DNA of 64,000 nucleotides from an uncultured Eubacteriales bacterium (GTDB lineage: Bacteria; Bacillota; Clostridia; Oscillospirales; Acutalibacteraceae): the NCBI GenBank assembly GCA_964408605.1, contig CAYPAB010000001.1:7491-71490 (forward strand). The letters run 5' to 3'. Positions 39,484 through 46,730 of this stretch are shown one piece after another. The position numbers and the translations under genes are program-made. Numbering within the stretch: the first letter of the stretch is position 1; each line of letters starts with the position of its first letter. Under the pieces are notes generated by a model. It did not search any database, had not been told where the DNA came from, and saw only the letters and a list, made by a program, of their open reading frames with translations.

Positions 39484-39519
39484 AAAAGAAAAAGGCTCTG
39501 ACATCTTAAGTCAAAGCCT
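39484..39519 (-). terminator. mntP terminator (minus strand)
   Basis: On the minus strand: AGGCTTTGAC-TTAAGAT-GTCAGAGCCT followed by TTTTCTTTT. Confidence 0.7.
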
Positions 39520-39591
39520 AAATTCTTCCATTTGCAATGCCACAGATGTATAAGTTTTCTATACTACCTTATCAGCCCGTGGCGAACTTGT

Positions 39592-39605
39592 CCGAGAAGT
39601 TTTTG
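39592..39605. repeat. Right copy of the 14-bp inverted repeat
   Basis: CCGAGAAGTTTTTG is the reverse complement of 38894-38907. Confidence 0.6.
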
Positions 39606-39635
39606 CACATATAACTCTGTATATAACCGAGAATT

Positions 39636-40208
39636 TTAAATTATACCGAGACCTTCAAGTAAAATTTTCAACCCCAAAAGTATGAGTATAAGACCGCCGG
39701 CAAATTCAGCTTTCGATTTGTATTTTGTGCCGAAGATGTTTCCGATTTTTACACCGACGGCGGAAAGCGTCGCCGTGATTACGCCTATCAAAACAAAAAC
39801 TGCGTAAACGAGCCAATCGGGGTTGAAATCCGTAAACGCAAAACTTACACCCGCCGCTAAGGCGTCAATGCTTGTGGCAATAGCCATAACGATCATCGTT
39901 TTGAATCCCAAAGAATCGTCAAGACGTTCTTCGCTTTTATCGAAAGATTCCTTAATCATATTGGCACCGATTATCACAAGAAGAATGCAGGCTATCCAAT
40001 GACTGAACGAGGTGATTTTTTCCGCAAACGTACTGCCCAAAAGGTAACCGGTAAGGGGCATTAGTGCCTGAAAAGCACCGAACCACACACCTACCGTAAG
40101 GCAGTTTTTTGCACTTGCTTTTTCCAACGCAAGACCTTTGCAAAGTGCGACCGCAAAAGCATCCATCGAAAGGCTGACGGCTAAAAGTATGACTTCTGTA
40201 ATATTCAT
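39636..40208 (-). CDS. mntP: Manganese efflux pump MntP
   Basis: MNITEVILLAVSLSMDAFAVAL..., with a second DALAAG repeat (two DUF204 halves). I prefer the ATG at 40208 (GGAGA RBS) to the ORF-track start at 40268. Confidence 0.85.
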   Translation of the reverse strand: MNITEVILLAVSLSMDAFAVALCKGLALEKASAKNCLTVGVWFGAFQALMPLTGYLLGSTFAEKITSFSHWIACILLVIIGANMIKESFDKSEERLDDSLGFKTMIVMAIATSIDALAAGVSFAFTDFNPDWLVYAVFVLIGVITATLSAVGVKIGNIFGTKYKSKAEFAGGLILILLGLKILLEGLGII

Positions 40209-40239
40209 CAAAACATCTCCGAATAAGATTTGGAAAAGA

Positions 40240-40268
40240 ATTATATAACCTTTCGACATCGGTGTCAA
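40240..40268 (-). promoter_or_regulatory. mntP promoter, perfect consensus
   Basis: On the minus strand: TTGACA, 17 nt, TATAAT. The leader to the ATG is only about 30 nt. Confidence 0.65.
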
Positions 40269-40353
40269 TATTTGTGAAGAATTTTTTGGAATTATATGCG
40301 AAATATTGATTTTACATTGAAATGTGTGCTATTATTATGTTGTTGAAATTTGA

Positions 40354-41478
40354 GTGGAACAGGTGAGTGTATTGGACAAAAACACCGAACTTCAAAATGA
40401 CGGTAAGTCCGAAAACAACGTCGAAATTTCGGAAGAACTTGCGAACGAAGATGAGTTTGCGAGTGAAGATAAACTTGCGAGCGAAGAAGAATCTACGGGT
40501 GAAGAATATGCCGAGTCACGTGTGTCGGCTGTTTTGAGGCGTGTGCTGAATAAAAAGGTAATCGCCGTTGTTGTTGCCGTGATTGTTTTACTTCAGGCGG
40601 TAACGGGTGCGGTTCTTTCGGGGGTTGTGCTGAATGCCGATAAATTTGCCGTGTCCGAAAAAGCCGATTCCGTTTTCAAGGGCGACCTTTCGGAAAAATC
40701 TCTTGTCGAGTGGTTCAAAAGCAAAGCCACCGACAAATATACGGAAAATTCCGAAAAAAGAAAACTTCACGCATTCGAACTTAAAAATTACGATACATCG
40801 CACAGTTATGTGATTATGTGCCATCCGATGACGGCGACAGCGGAGGATATGGCGGTGTACGCTTATCATTTTTATGATTTCGGTTTCAATGTTATTCTTC
40901 CGGAAGCCGGCGGTTACGGTGAAAGCGAATATAAAAAAATAAATATGGGTTGGTTTGACCGTTACGATGTCGCTTTATGGGCTCAAAAAATCGCCGACGA
41001 AGACGAAAAAGCGAATATTTTCCTTTTCGGTGCGGGAATGGGCGGTTCAACCGTTCTTATGGCATCAAGTCTTGACTTGCCCGCCAATGTGAAAGGTATA
41101 ATTTCCGACAGCGGTTATTCCGATGTCAAGAAAGCGTTTAAAGAGAATATAAAAGATGTTTACGGCTTGCCGTCTTTCCCGATTGTCAATTTCGCATCGC
41201 TTTATGTTAAAATATTCGAGGGATGGAGTTTCGGCGAAGCCGATGCCTTGGAACAGGTGAAAAATTCAAAAGTGCCTGTTCTTATTATACACGGCGGTGA
41301 AGACGAGGTCGTTCCCGTGTCGCAAAGTAACGATTTGTTTGAGGCTTCCCCCGTGAAAAAAAGCGACCACCTTTTGATAAGCGGAGCAACACATTTGCAG
41401 ACTCTTAAAACGAATCCCGAAAAGTATTGGATGAATGTCGATTCGTTTATTTTGAATAACATTGAAAATACCCCTTGA
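40354..41478 (+). CDS. Membrane-anchored alpha/beta-hydrolase-fold protein with Gly at the nucleophile position
   Basis: Acidic N-terminus and one TM helix (VIAVVVAVIVLLQAVTGAVL). The hydrolase fold reads FLFGAGMGGSTV where GxSMGG is expected. IIHGGEDEVVP and GATH follow. The start codon is uncertain (GTG at 40354). Confidence 0.7.
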   Translation: MEQVSVLDKNTELQNDGKSENNVEISEELANEDEFASEDKLASEEESTGEEYAESRVSAVLRRVLNKKVIAVVVAVIVLLQAVTGAVLSGVVLNADKFAVSEKADSVFKGDLSEKSLVEWFKSKATDKYTENSEKRKLHAFELKNYDTSHSYVIMCHPMTATAEDMAVYAYHFYDFGFNVILPEAGGYGESEYKKINMGWFDRYDVALWAQKIADEDEKANIFLFGAGMGGSTVLMASSLDLPANVKGIISDSGYSDVKKAFKENIKDVYGLPSFPIVNFASLYVKIFEGWSFGEADALEQVKNSKVPVLIIHGGEDEVVPVSQSNDLFEASPVKKSDHLLISGATHLQTLKTNPEKYWMNVDSFILNNIENTP

Positions 41479-41503
41479 CAAATATATTATACTCTGTTAT
41501 AAT
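41475..41503 (+). promoter_or_regulatory. ylxM-ffh operon promoter, perfect consensus
   Basis: TTGACA (overlapping the hydrolase stop codon), 17 nt, TATAAT (41498-41503). Confidence 0.6.
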
Positions 41504-41506
41504 GCA

Positions 41507-41542
41507 CTCCTGTAAAGTTAAAGTTCTTTACAGGAGTTTTTT
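41507..41542 (+). terminator. Terminator hairpin of the hydrolase gene
   Basis: CTCCTGTAAAG-TTAAAGTT-CTTTACAGGAG followed by TTTTTT. Confidence 0.75.
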
Positions 41543-41558
41543 GAAAGGGGTTATTATT

Positions 41559-41921
41559 GTGGCAAAAAATCTCGATATTGTTTTGCTTGCGGATTATTAC
41601 GGCGAAATGCTCACCGACAATCAGCGCAAATTTATTGAGTATTATTATAACGATGACCTTTCTCTTTCCGAAATCGCACAAAACGAAGGCATAACAAGGC
41701 AAGGTGTCCGTGATGCCGTCAAACGTGCCGAAACTCAACTTTACGATATGGAAAAAAAACTCGGTTTTGCTTCACGTTCCCATAAGGTGAACGAAGCGTT
41801 GAACGCCATTGTCGAAAGTGCCGAGGTTATAAACAACTACAATATGAACATTTCTCTTTCGAGGGAAATTAACGATGCGGTTGTTCGCATTAAATCGATT
41901 GTCGATTCCCTCGACGAATAA
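41559..41921 (+). CDS. ylxM: YlxM/p13-like putative DNA-binding protein (UPF0122)
   Basis: GTG start with AAGGGG RBS. YYGEMLTDNQRKFIEYYYNDDLSLSEIAQNEGITRQGVRDAVKR (sigma-70 region 4-like). Lies immediately upstream of ffh. Confidence 0.85.
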   Translation: MAKNLDIVLLADYYGEMLTDNQRKFIEYYYNDDLSLSEIAQNEGITRQGVRDAVKRAETQLYDMEKKLGFASRSHKVNEALNAIVESAEVINNYNMNISLSREINDAVVRIKSIVDSLDE

Positions 41922-41935
41922 AAGGAGGTTGCACC

Positions 41936-43315
41936 GTGGCTTTTGAAGGGCTTTCCGACAGGCTTGAAAACGCCTTTAAAAAGTTGAAAAGTAAGGGTAG
42001 CCTTACCGAATCCGACGTTCGTGATGCCATGCGTGAGGTTCGACTGGCACTTCTTGAGGCAGACGTTAACTACAAGGTCGCCAAAGATTTTACAAACGCC
42101 GTAACCGAACGTGCAATCGGCGCCAAGGTTATGGAGAGCCTTACCCCCGCACAGATGGTTATTAAAATCGTCAACGAAGAACTTACGTCGCTTATGGGCG
42201 GTACTCAGGCAAGGCTCGCATCCGCTTCGCATCCGCCTACGGTTGTTATGATGTGCGGTCTTCAAGGTTCCGGTAAAACAACTCACAGTGCGAAAATAGC
42301 GTTAAAACTTAAAGAACAGGGTCACAGACCGCTTCTTGTTGCGTGTGATATCTACCGTCCCGCAGCCATTAAACAGTTGCAGGTCGTCGGCGAACAAATA
42401 GATGTGCCTGTTTTTGAAATGGGTACGGAAGATCCGGTCAAAATTGCGACCGAAGCCATAAAACTCGCCAAAGACAAAGGCTATGACTATGTTTTCCTCG
42501 ATACGGCGGGTCGCTTGCATATCGACGAACAACTTATGCAAGAACTCAAAAACATCAAATCAGCCGTCAAACCGCACGAGATTCTTCTTGTTATCGACTC
42601 CATGCTCGGTCAGGATGCCGTAACCGTTGCATCCGGCTTTAACGAGGCACTGGGCATAGACGGTCTTGTGCTTACAAAACTCGACGGTGATACCCGTGGC
42701 GGTGCCGCTCTTTCGGCACGTGCGGTTACGGGCAAACCCATAAAATTCATCGGTGTCGGTGAAAAACTTGCCGATCTCGACGTTTTCCATCCCGACAGAA
42801 TGGCAAGCCGTATACTCGGCATGGGTGACGTTCTTTCGCTTATCGAAAAAGCAGAAACCGCTCTTGACGAAAAAAAGGCGGAGGAACTTGAAAAAAAACT
42901 CCGTCAAAACAAACTCGACCTCAACGATATGCTTATGCAGTTTGAGGAAGTGAAAAAGATGGGGCCCATGAAAGATATCATTTCCATGATACCGGGGCTC
43001 GGTAAAAAAGTTAAGGACACCGATATCGACGACAGGCAAATTGATTATACAATGGCAATCATCCGTTCAATGACAATGAAAGAACGTGCAAACCCCGATA
43101 TAATCAATCCGTCACGTAAAAAACGTATTGCCGCAGGTTGCGGTATGCAGGTTGAGGATGTCAACAGGCTTCTTAATCAGTATCGCTCAATGCAAAAACT
43201 TTATAAACAACTTAACGGCAAAAATTCCAAAAAAATGATGAAACGTATGCAACGTATGGGTATGGGCGGCGGTATGTCGGGTATGCCCGGTGGCATGAAC
43301 GGTTTCCCAATGTAA
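41936..43315 (+). CDS. ffh: Signal recognition particle protein Ffh
   Basis: AAGGAGG RBS and GTG start. GLQGSGKTT, DTAGR, TKLDGD, and a Met-rich C-terminal M domain. Confidence 0.97.
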   Translation: MAFEGLSDRLENAFKKLKSKGSLTESDVRDAMREVRLALLEADVNYKVAKDFTNAVTERAIGAKVMESLTPAQMVIKIVNEELTSLMGGTQARLASASHPPTVVMMCGLQGSGKTTHSAKIALKLKEQGHRPLLVACDIYRPAAIKQLQVVGEQIDVPVFEMGTEDPVKIATEAIKLAKDKGYDYVFLDTAGRLHIDEQLMQELKNIKSAVKPHEILLVIDSMLGQDAVTVASGFNEALGIDGLVLTKLDGDTRGGAALSARAVTGKPIKFIGVGEKLADLDVFHPDRMASRILGMGDVLSLIEKAETALDEKKAEELEKKLRQNKLDLNDMLMQFEEVKKMGPMKDIISMIPGLGKKVKDTDIDDRQIDYTMAIIRSMTMKERANPDIINPSRKKRIAAGCGMQVEDVNRLLNQYRSMQKLYKQLNGKNSKKMMKRMQRMGMGGGMSGMPGGMNGFPM

Positions 43316-43373
43316 TCAAACACAAATGTGTTGATATAAACAGTTTATTTTTAACTTTTCGGAGGTAATTAAA

Positions 43374-43619
43374 ATGGCAGTAAAAATTCGTCTTCGCCGT
43401 ATGGGCGCAAAGAAAGCACCTTTCTATCGTGTAGTTGTAGCAGATTCACGCTATCCCCGTGACGGTCGCTTTATTGAAGAAGTTGGTTATTACAACCCCG
43501 TAAGCGATCCCGTTGAAATCAAAATCGACGCGGAAAAAGTTACAAAGTGGATCCAAAACGGCGCACAGCCCACAGACACAGTTCGTGCTATCCTTAAAAA
43601 GCAGAACATTATTAAGTAA
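43374..43619 (+). CDS. rpsP: 30S ribosomal protein S16
   Basis: [26 protein letters not shown]. Confidence 0.97.
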   Translation: MAVKIRLRRMGAKKAPFYRVVVADSRYPRDGRFIEEVGYYNPVSDPVEIKIDAEKVTKWIQNGAQPTDTVRAILKKQNIIK

Positions 43620-43634
43620 TTAAAGGTGACTGTA

Positions 43635-43868
43635 ATGAAAGAATTGCTCGAAACGGTCGCAAGGGGTCTTGTTGAGGCTCCCGATGCAGTCGAGGTCACT
43701 GTTGACGAACCCAATGAAGAAGGCGTTACGGTGTATCACCTTCATGTCGGACCCGACGATATGGGCAGAGTTATAGGTAAGCAGGGCAGAATTGCAAAAG
43801 CAATCCGTACCGTTATGCGTGCGGCTGCTATCCGCAACGATGTTAAAATTCAAGTTGACATTGACTGA
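43635..43868 (+). CDS. KH-domain RNA-binding protein (YlqC-like)
   Basis: 77 aa. DMGRVIGKQGRIAKAIR (GxxG KH motif). Conserved position between rpsP and rimM. Confidence 0.88.
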   Translation: MKELLETVARGLVEAPDAVEVTVDEPNEEGVTVYHLHVGPDDMGRVIGKQGRIAKAIRTVMRAAAIRNDVKIQVDID

Positions 43869-44066
43869 TACAATGCGTTGACAAGCGAACAAAAAACAAA
43901 GCGGATGTGAAAAAACGCAGACCGCTGAAAAAGGCTGTAAAAGAACTTGCGTTTTTTTACAGCCCGATTTTTACACGCCGAAAATGAATTGACCGACAAA
44001 ATGTGCAAAAATGTGATGTGCTTTCGGTCGTGTTTTGCATTTAACGGCGTGTGTTGGGTAAAAATT

Positions 44067-44585
44067 ATGATCAAAGAATATCTTGAAGTGGGTCAAATTG
44101 TCGGCACTCACGGTATACGCGGTGAAGTGCGTCTTAATCCGTGGTGCGACGGGCCCGATTTTGTAAAAAAATTTAAAACGCTTTACCGTGACGGAAACGG
44201 TACATCGTCTTTTAAGGTGATATCGTGCCGAACACACGGTAATGTTGCCGTGCTTAAAATTGACGGCGTCGACACAGTCGAAAAGGCAAAAGAACTGAAG
44301 AATACCGTTCTTTATATGAAACGTTCCGATGTTAATTTGCCCGACGGCAAATGGTTCGTTTCGGAACTTATCGGTTGCGATGTTTGTGATTGCGACAACG
44401 ACAGCGTTTGTTACGGCGTTCTTTCCGATATTGACACGGGCGTTGCAAACGATATTTGGTATGTAAAAACACCCGACGGGAACGAGGTTCTTATACCGGC
44501 GGTAAAAGATGTTGTAATACGTTGCGACGTTGCGTGTAACAAGGTTTACATCCGTCCTCTTAGGGGGCTTTTTGATGAGAATTGA
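44067..44585 (+). CDS. rimM: 16S rRNA processing protein RimM
   Basis: MIKEYLEVGQIVGTHGIRGEVRL. I prefer the internal ATG at 44067 to the ORF-track start at 43947. Confidence 0.9.
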   Translation: MIKEYLEVGQIVGTHGIRGEVRLNPWCDGPDFVKKFKTLYRDGNGTSSFKVISCRTHGNVAVLKIDGVDTVEKAKELKNTVLYMKRSDVNLPDGKWFVSELIGCDVCDCDNDSVCYGVLSDIDTGVANDIWYVKTPDGNEVLIPAVKDVVIRCDVACNKVYIRPLRGLFDEN

Positions 44586-45315
44586 TATAATGACTCTTTT
44601 TCCGCAAATGTGCGAGGCGGTTATGGGTGAAAGTATAATCGGCAGAGCAAGGAATACCGGCAAGGTCGAAATAAATTTTCACCAAATCCGTGATTTTGCG
44701 GTGAACAGGCGTAATCAAGTTGACGACACGCCTTACGGTGGCGGTGCCGGAATGCTTATGATGGCGCAACCGATATATGACTGCTATATGAAAATTTGCG
44801 AAGAAACACAAACAAGACCGCATCTTGTTTATATGTCACCGTGCGGTAAAACGCTGACTCAGGAACGTGTGAAAGAACTTTCCGAAATTCCGAATATCGC
44901 CATACTTTGCGGCAGATATGAGGGTGTTGACCAACGTGTTATCGACGAAATCGTCGATGAAGAAATATCAATCGGCGATTATGTTGTAACGGGTGGCGAA
45001 ATGCCCGCAATGATTTTGGCTGATGCGATATCACGCATGCTTCCGGGCGTTCTTTCGGAACCCGAAGGGTATATGGGCGAAAGTCATTATTCGTCGCTTC
45101 TTGAATACCCGCAGTATACAAAACCACCCGTGTGGCACGGTGCGGAAGTTCCCGAAGTGCTCGCATCCGGTCATCACGCAAACATAAAAAAATGGCAACG
45201 TGAAAGGGCGATAGAACGCACTTTCGAACGCAGACCCGATATGCTCGAAAACGCCGTGCTCGATAAAAAAGAAAAAGCGTTTTTGGAAGAATTGAAAAAA
45301 TCAAAGAGCGAATAA
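44575..45315 (+). CDS. trmD: tRNA (guanine37-N1)-methyltransferase
   Basis: MRIDIMTLFPQM, DDTPYGGGAGMLM, GRYEGVDQRV, SIGDYVVTGGE. Confidence 0.96.
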   Translation: MRIDIMTLFPQMCEAVMGESIIGRARNTGKVEINFHQIRDFAVNRRNQVDDTPYGGGAGMLMMAQPIYDCYMKICEETQTRPHLVYMSPCGKTLTQERVKELSEIPNIAILCGRYEGVDQRVIDEIVDEEISIGDYVVTGGEMPAMILADAISRMLPGVLSEPEGYMGESHYSSLLEYPQYTKPPVWHGAEVPEVLASGHHANIKKWQRERAIERTFERRPDMLENAVLDKKEKAFLEELKKSKSE

Positions 45316-45316
45316 C

Positions 45317-45356
45317 AAATGCTCACCGAATTCGTTTGAGTTCGGTGAGCATTTTC
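45317..45356. terminator. Bidirectional terminator between trmD and the TM2 gene
   Basis: AAATGCTCACCGAA-loop-TTCGGTGAGCATTT with T-rich flanks. Confidence 0.8.
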
Positions 45357-45372
45357 CGTTTAATCGGATTGA

Positions 45373-45807
45373 TTATTTAACATAATAGGGGTTGGGCTTG
45401 GAAAGAATTACAAAGAAATCTACAATCACGCCAATACACAATAAACCGCCTGTGAAAATATATAAAACGCCCATACCGATTTTTCCCTCGTAAAATTTGT
45501 GTGCCCCAAAGAATCCCAAAAAGATGCATAAGAGCAAAGATACCCATTTATTGCGCGGTTTGCCGACAAAACCCGAATTTGCATTAACGTTTGTGTTTGT
45601 GTTTGTGTTAACGTTGGTGCTGGTGTTTTCATTGCTGTTGTTAACAACGACTTGCGGTGTCGCTTCATTTTTTATTTCTTCAACTTGGCGACCGCACTTT
45701 GTACAAATAACAGCATCTAACGGAATCTTTTCACCACAGTGCTTGCAAAATTTTGTAGGTGTGGTGGGCGTTGTTTGAGGTTCGTTGTTAAAGGTTTGAG
45801 TTTCCAT
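45373..45807 (-). CDS. Zinc-ribbon + TM2-domain membrane protein
   Basis: AAGGAG RBS. CKHCGEKIPLDAVICTKCG (zinc ribbon), (TN)n linker, and a TM2 signature LGFFGAHKFYEGKIGMGVLYIFTGG. Confidence 0.8.
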   Translation of the reverse strand: METQTFNNEPQTTPTTPTKFCKHCGEKIPLDAVICTKCGRQVEEIKNEATPQVVVNNSNENTSTNVNTNTNTNVNANSGFVGKPRNKWVSLLLCIFLGFFGAHKFYEGKIGMGVLYIFTGGLLCIGVIVDFFVILSKPNPYYVK

Positions 45808-45835
45808 GTTTAATATCTCCTTTTTTAAAGAAAAT

Positions 45836-45877
45836 ATATCACAAAACGAGATATTTGTCAATATCACAATTCGAGAT
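45836..45877. promoter_or_regulatory. Two 17-bp direct repeats (candidate XRE operators)
   Basis: ATATCACAAAACGAGAT (45836-45852) and ATATCACAATTCGAGAT (45861-45877). 15 of 17 positions are identical. The copies are 25 bp apart, in the divergent intergenic region. Confidence 0.45.
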
Positions 45878-45915
45878 TTCGTATATTGATAGTATATTAA
45901 GTTTTGGAGGGTATT

Positions 45916-46131
45916 ATGAGATTAAGAGATATGCGTGAAGACATGGATTTAACTCAAACCGAATTGGCAGAGTCTTTGCATATTAAACAAAACACTTATT
46001 CTCAATACGAAAACGGGCAAAGAGGTGTGCCGATAGATATTCTTATTAAGTTATCGGAAATTTTCAACACCTCTGTCGATTATATTCTGGGGTTGACAGA
46101 TGAATCCAAACCTTATCCGCGAATTAAATAG
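45916..46131 (+). CDS. XRE-family HTH transcriptional regulator
   Basis: GGAGGG RBS. LRDMREDMDLTQTELAESLHIKQNTYSQYENGQRGVPIDILIKLSEIF. Confidence 0.88.
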   Translation: MRLRDMREDMDLTQTELAESLHIKQNTYSQYENGQRGVPIDILIKLSEIFNTSVDYILGLTDESKPYPRIK

Positions 46132-46293
46132 TTGATGTTAAGGTGAAGCATAATTCATTAACATATTGTTTATCTTCAATAATATGTTTCTACATTTATT
46201 GTTATTTTGCACAAATCATAAATCTTTTTTTTAAAAAGGTTTAGCGTTACATCCGAATTATCGGCAAAGTTAGAAAAGGTTTTCAGTTTTTCG

Positions 46294-46321
46294 TTGACTT
46301 AAAACGAAATGGTGATATAAT
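46294..46321 (+). promoter_or_regulatory. ptsH promoter
   Basis: TTGACT, 16 nt, TATAAT. Confidence 0.55.
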
Positions 46322-46394
46322 ATATTAGGTGCTGCGATACGTCTGCACATAATTTTGATAAATATAATCTTTTTTTGAATGTGGGAGAAATATT

Positions 46395-46658
46395 ATGTAC
46401 GTTAAAGATGTAACAGTTCAGAATCAAGTTGGCCTTCATGCGCGCCCCGCAACTTTCTTTATCCAAAAAGCAAACGAATTTAAGTCTTCGATTTGGCTTG
46501 AAAAAGAAGAAAGACGTGTTAACGCAAAAAGCCTTCTCGGTGTTCTTTCCCTCGGTATTATGGGTGGCACGGATATTCGCATCATAGCAGGTGGCGTCGA
46601 CGAGGAGCAGGCTGTTAACGCTCTTGTCGCACTTGTTGACAGTGGCTTTGCTGAATAA
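46395..46658 (+). CDS. ptsH: Phosphocarrier protein HPr
   Basis: 87 aa. GLHARPA (His15) and NAKSLLGV (Ser46 site). Confidence 0.93.
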   Translation: MYVKDVTVQNQVGLHARPATFFIQKANEFKSSIWLEKEERRVNAKSLLGVLSLGIMGGTDIRIIAGGVDEEQAVNALVALVDSGFAE

Positions 46659-46676
46659 TTTGTATTTTTGAAAACT

Positions 46677-46712
46677 CGGCGGTGAAGGTTTACCTTTGCC
46701 GTCTGTTTTTTT
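46677..46712 (+). terminator. ptsH terminator
   Basis: CGGCGGTGAAGGT...ACCTTTGCCGTC (includes G-U pairs) followed by TGTTTTTTT. Confidence 0.6.
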
Positions 46713-46730
46713 AATAAAGGCGGTGAGTAT

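Noticed and set aside
39031-39638. 11-bp direct repeat CGAGAATTTTA at 39031 and 39628, as possible target-site duplication of the repeat-bounded segment.
   Set aside because: The copies are not positioned symmetrically just outside the 14-bp inverted repeats, and the second overlaps the mntP stop codon. It is AT-rich and short enough to be coincidental.
40209-40353. Expected yybP-ykoY manganese riboswitch upstream of mntP.
   Set aside because: A perfect TTGACA-17-TATAAT promoter sits only about 30 nt upstream of the mntP ATG. That leaves no room for an aptamer of 100 nt or more, and the conserved yybP-ykoY sequence blocks are not visible.
45589-45609. Hexanucleotide tandem repeat (GTTTGT x3.5) inside the TM2 gene, a possible phase-variation tract.
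   Set aside because: The unit length is a multiple of 3, so slippage keeps the reading frame and only varies the (TN)n linker. The copy number is low. It is more likely a low-complexity linker than a contingency locus.
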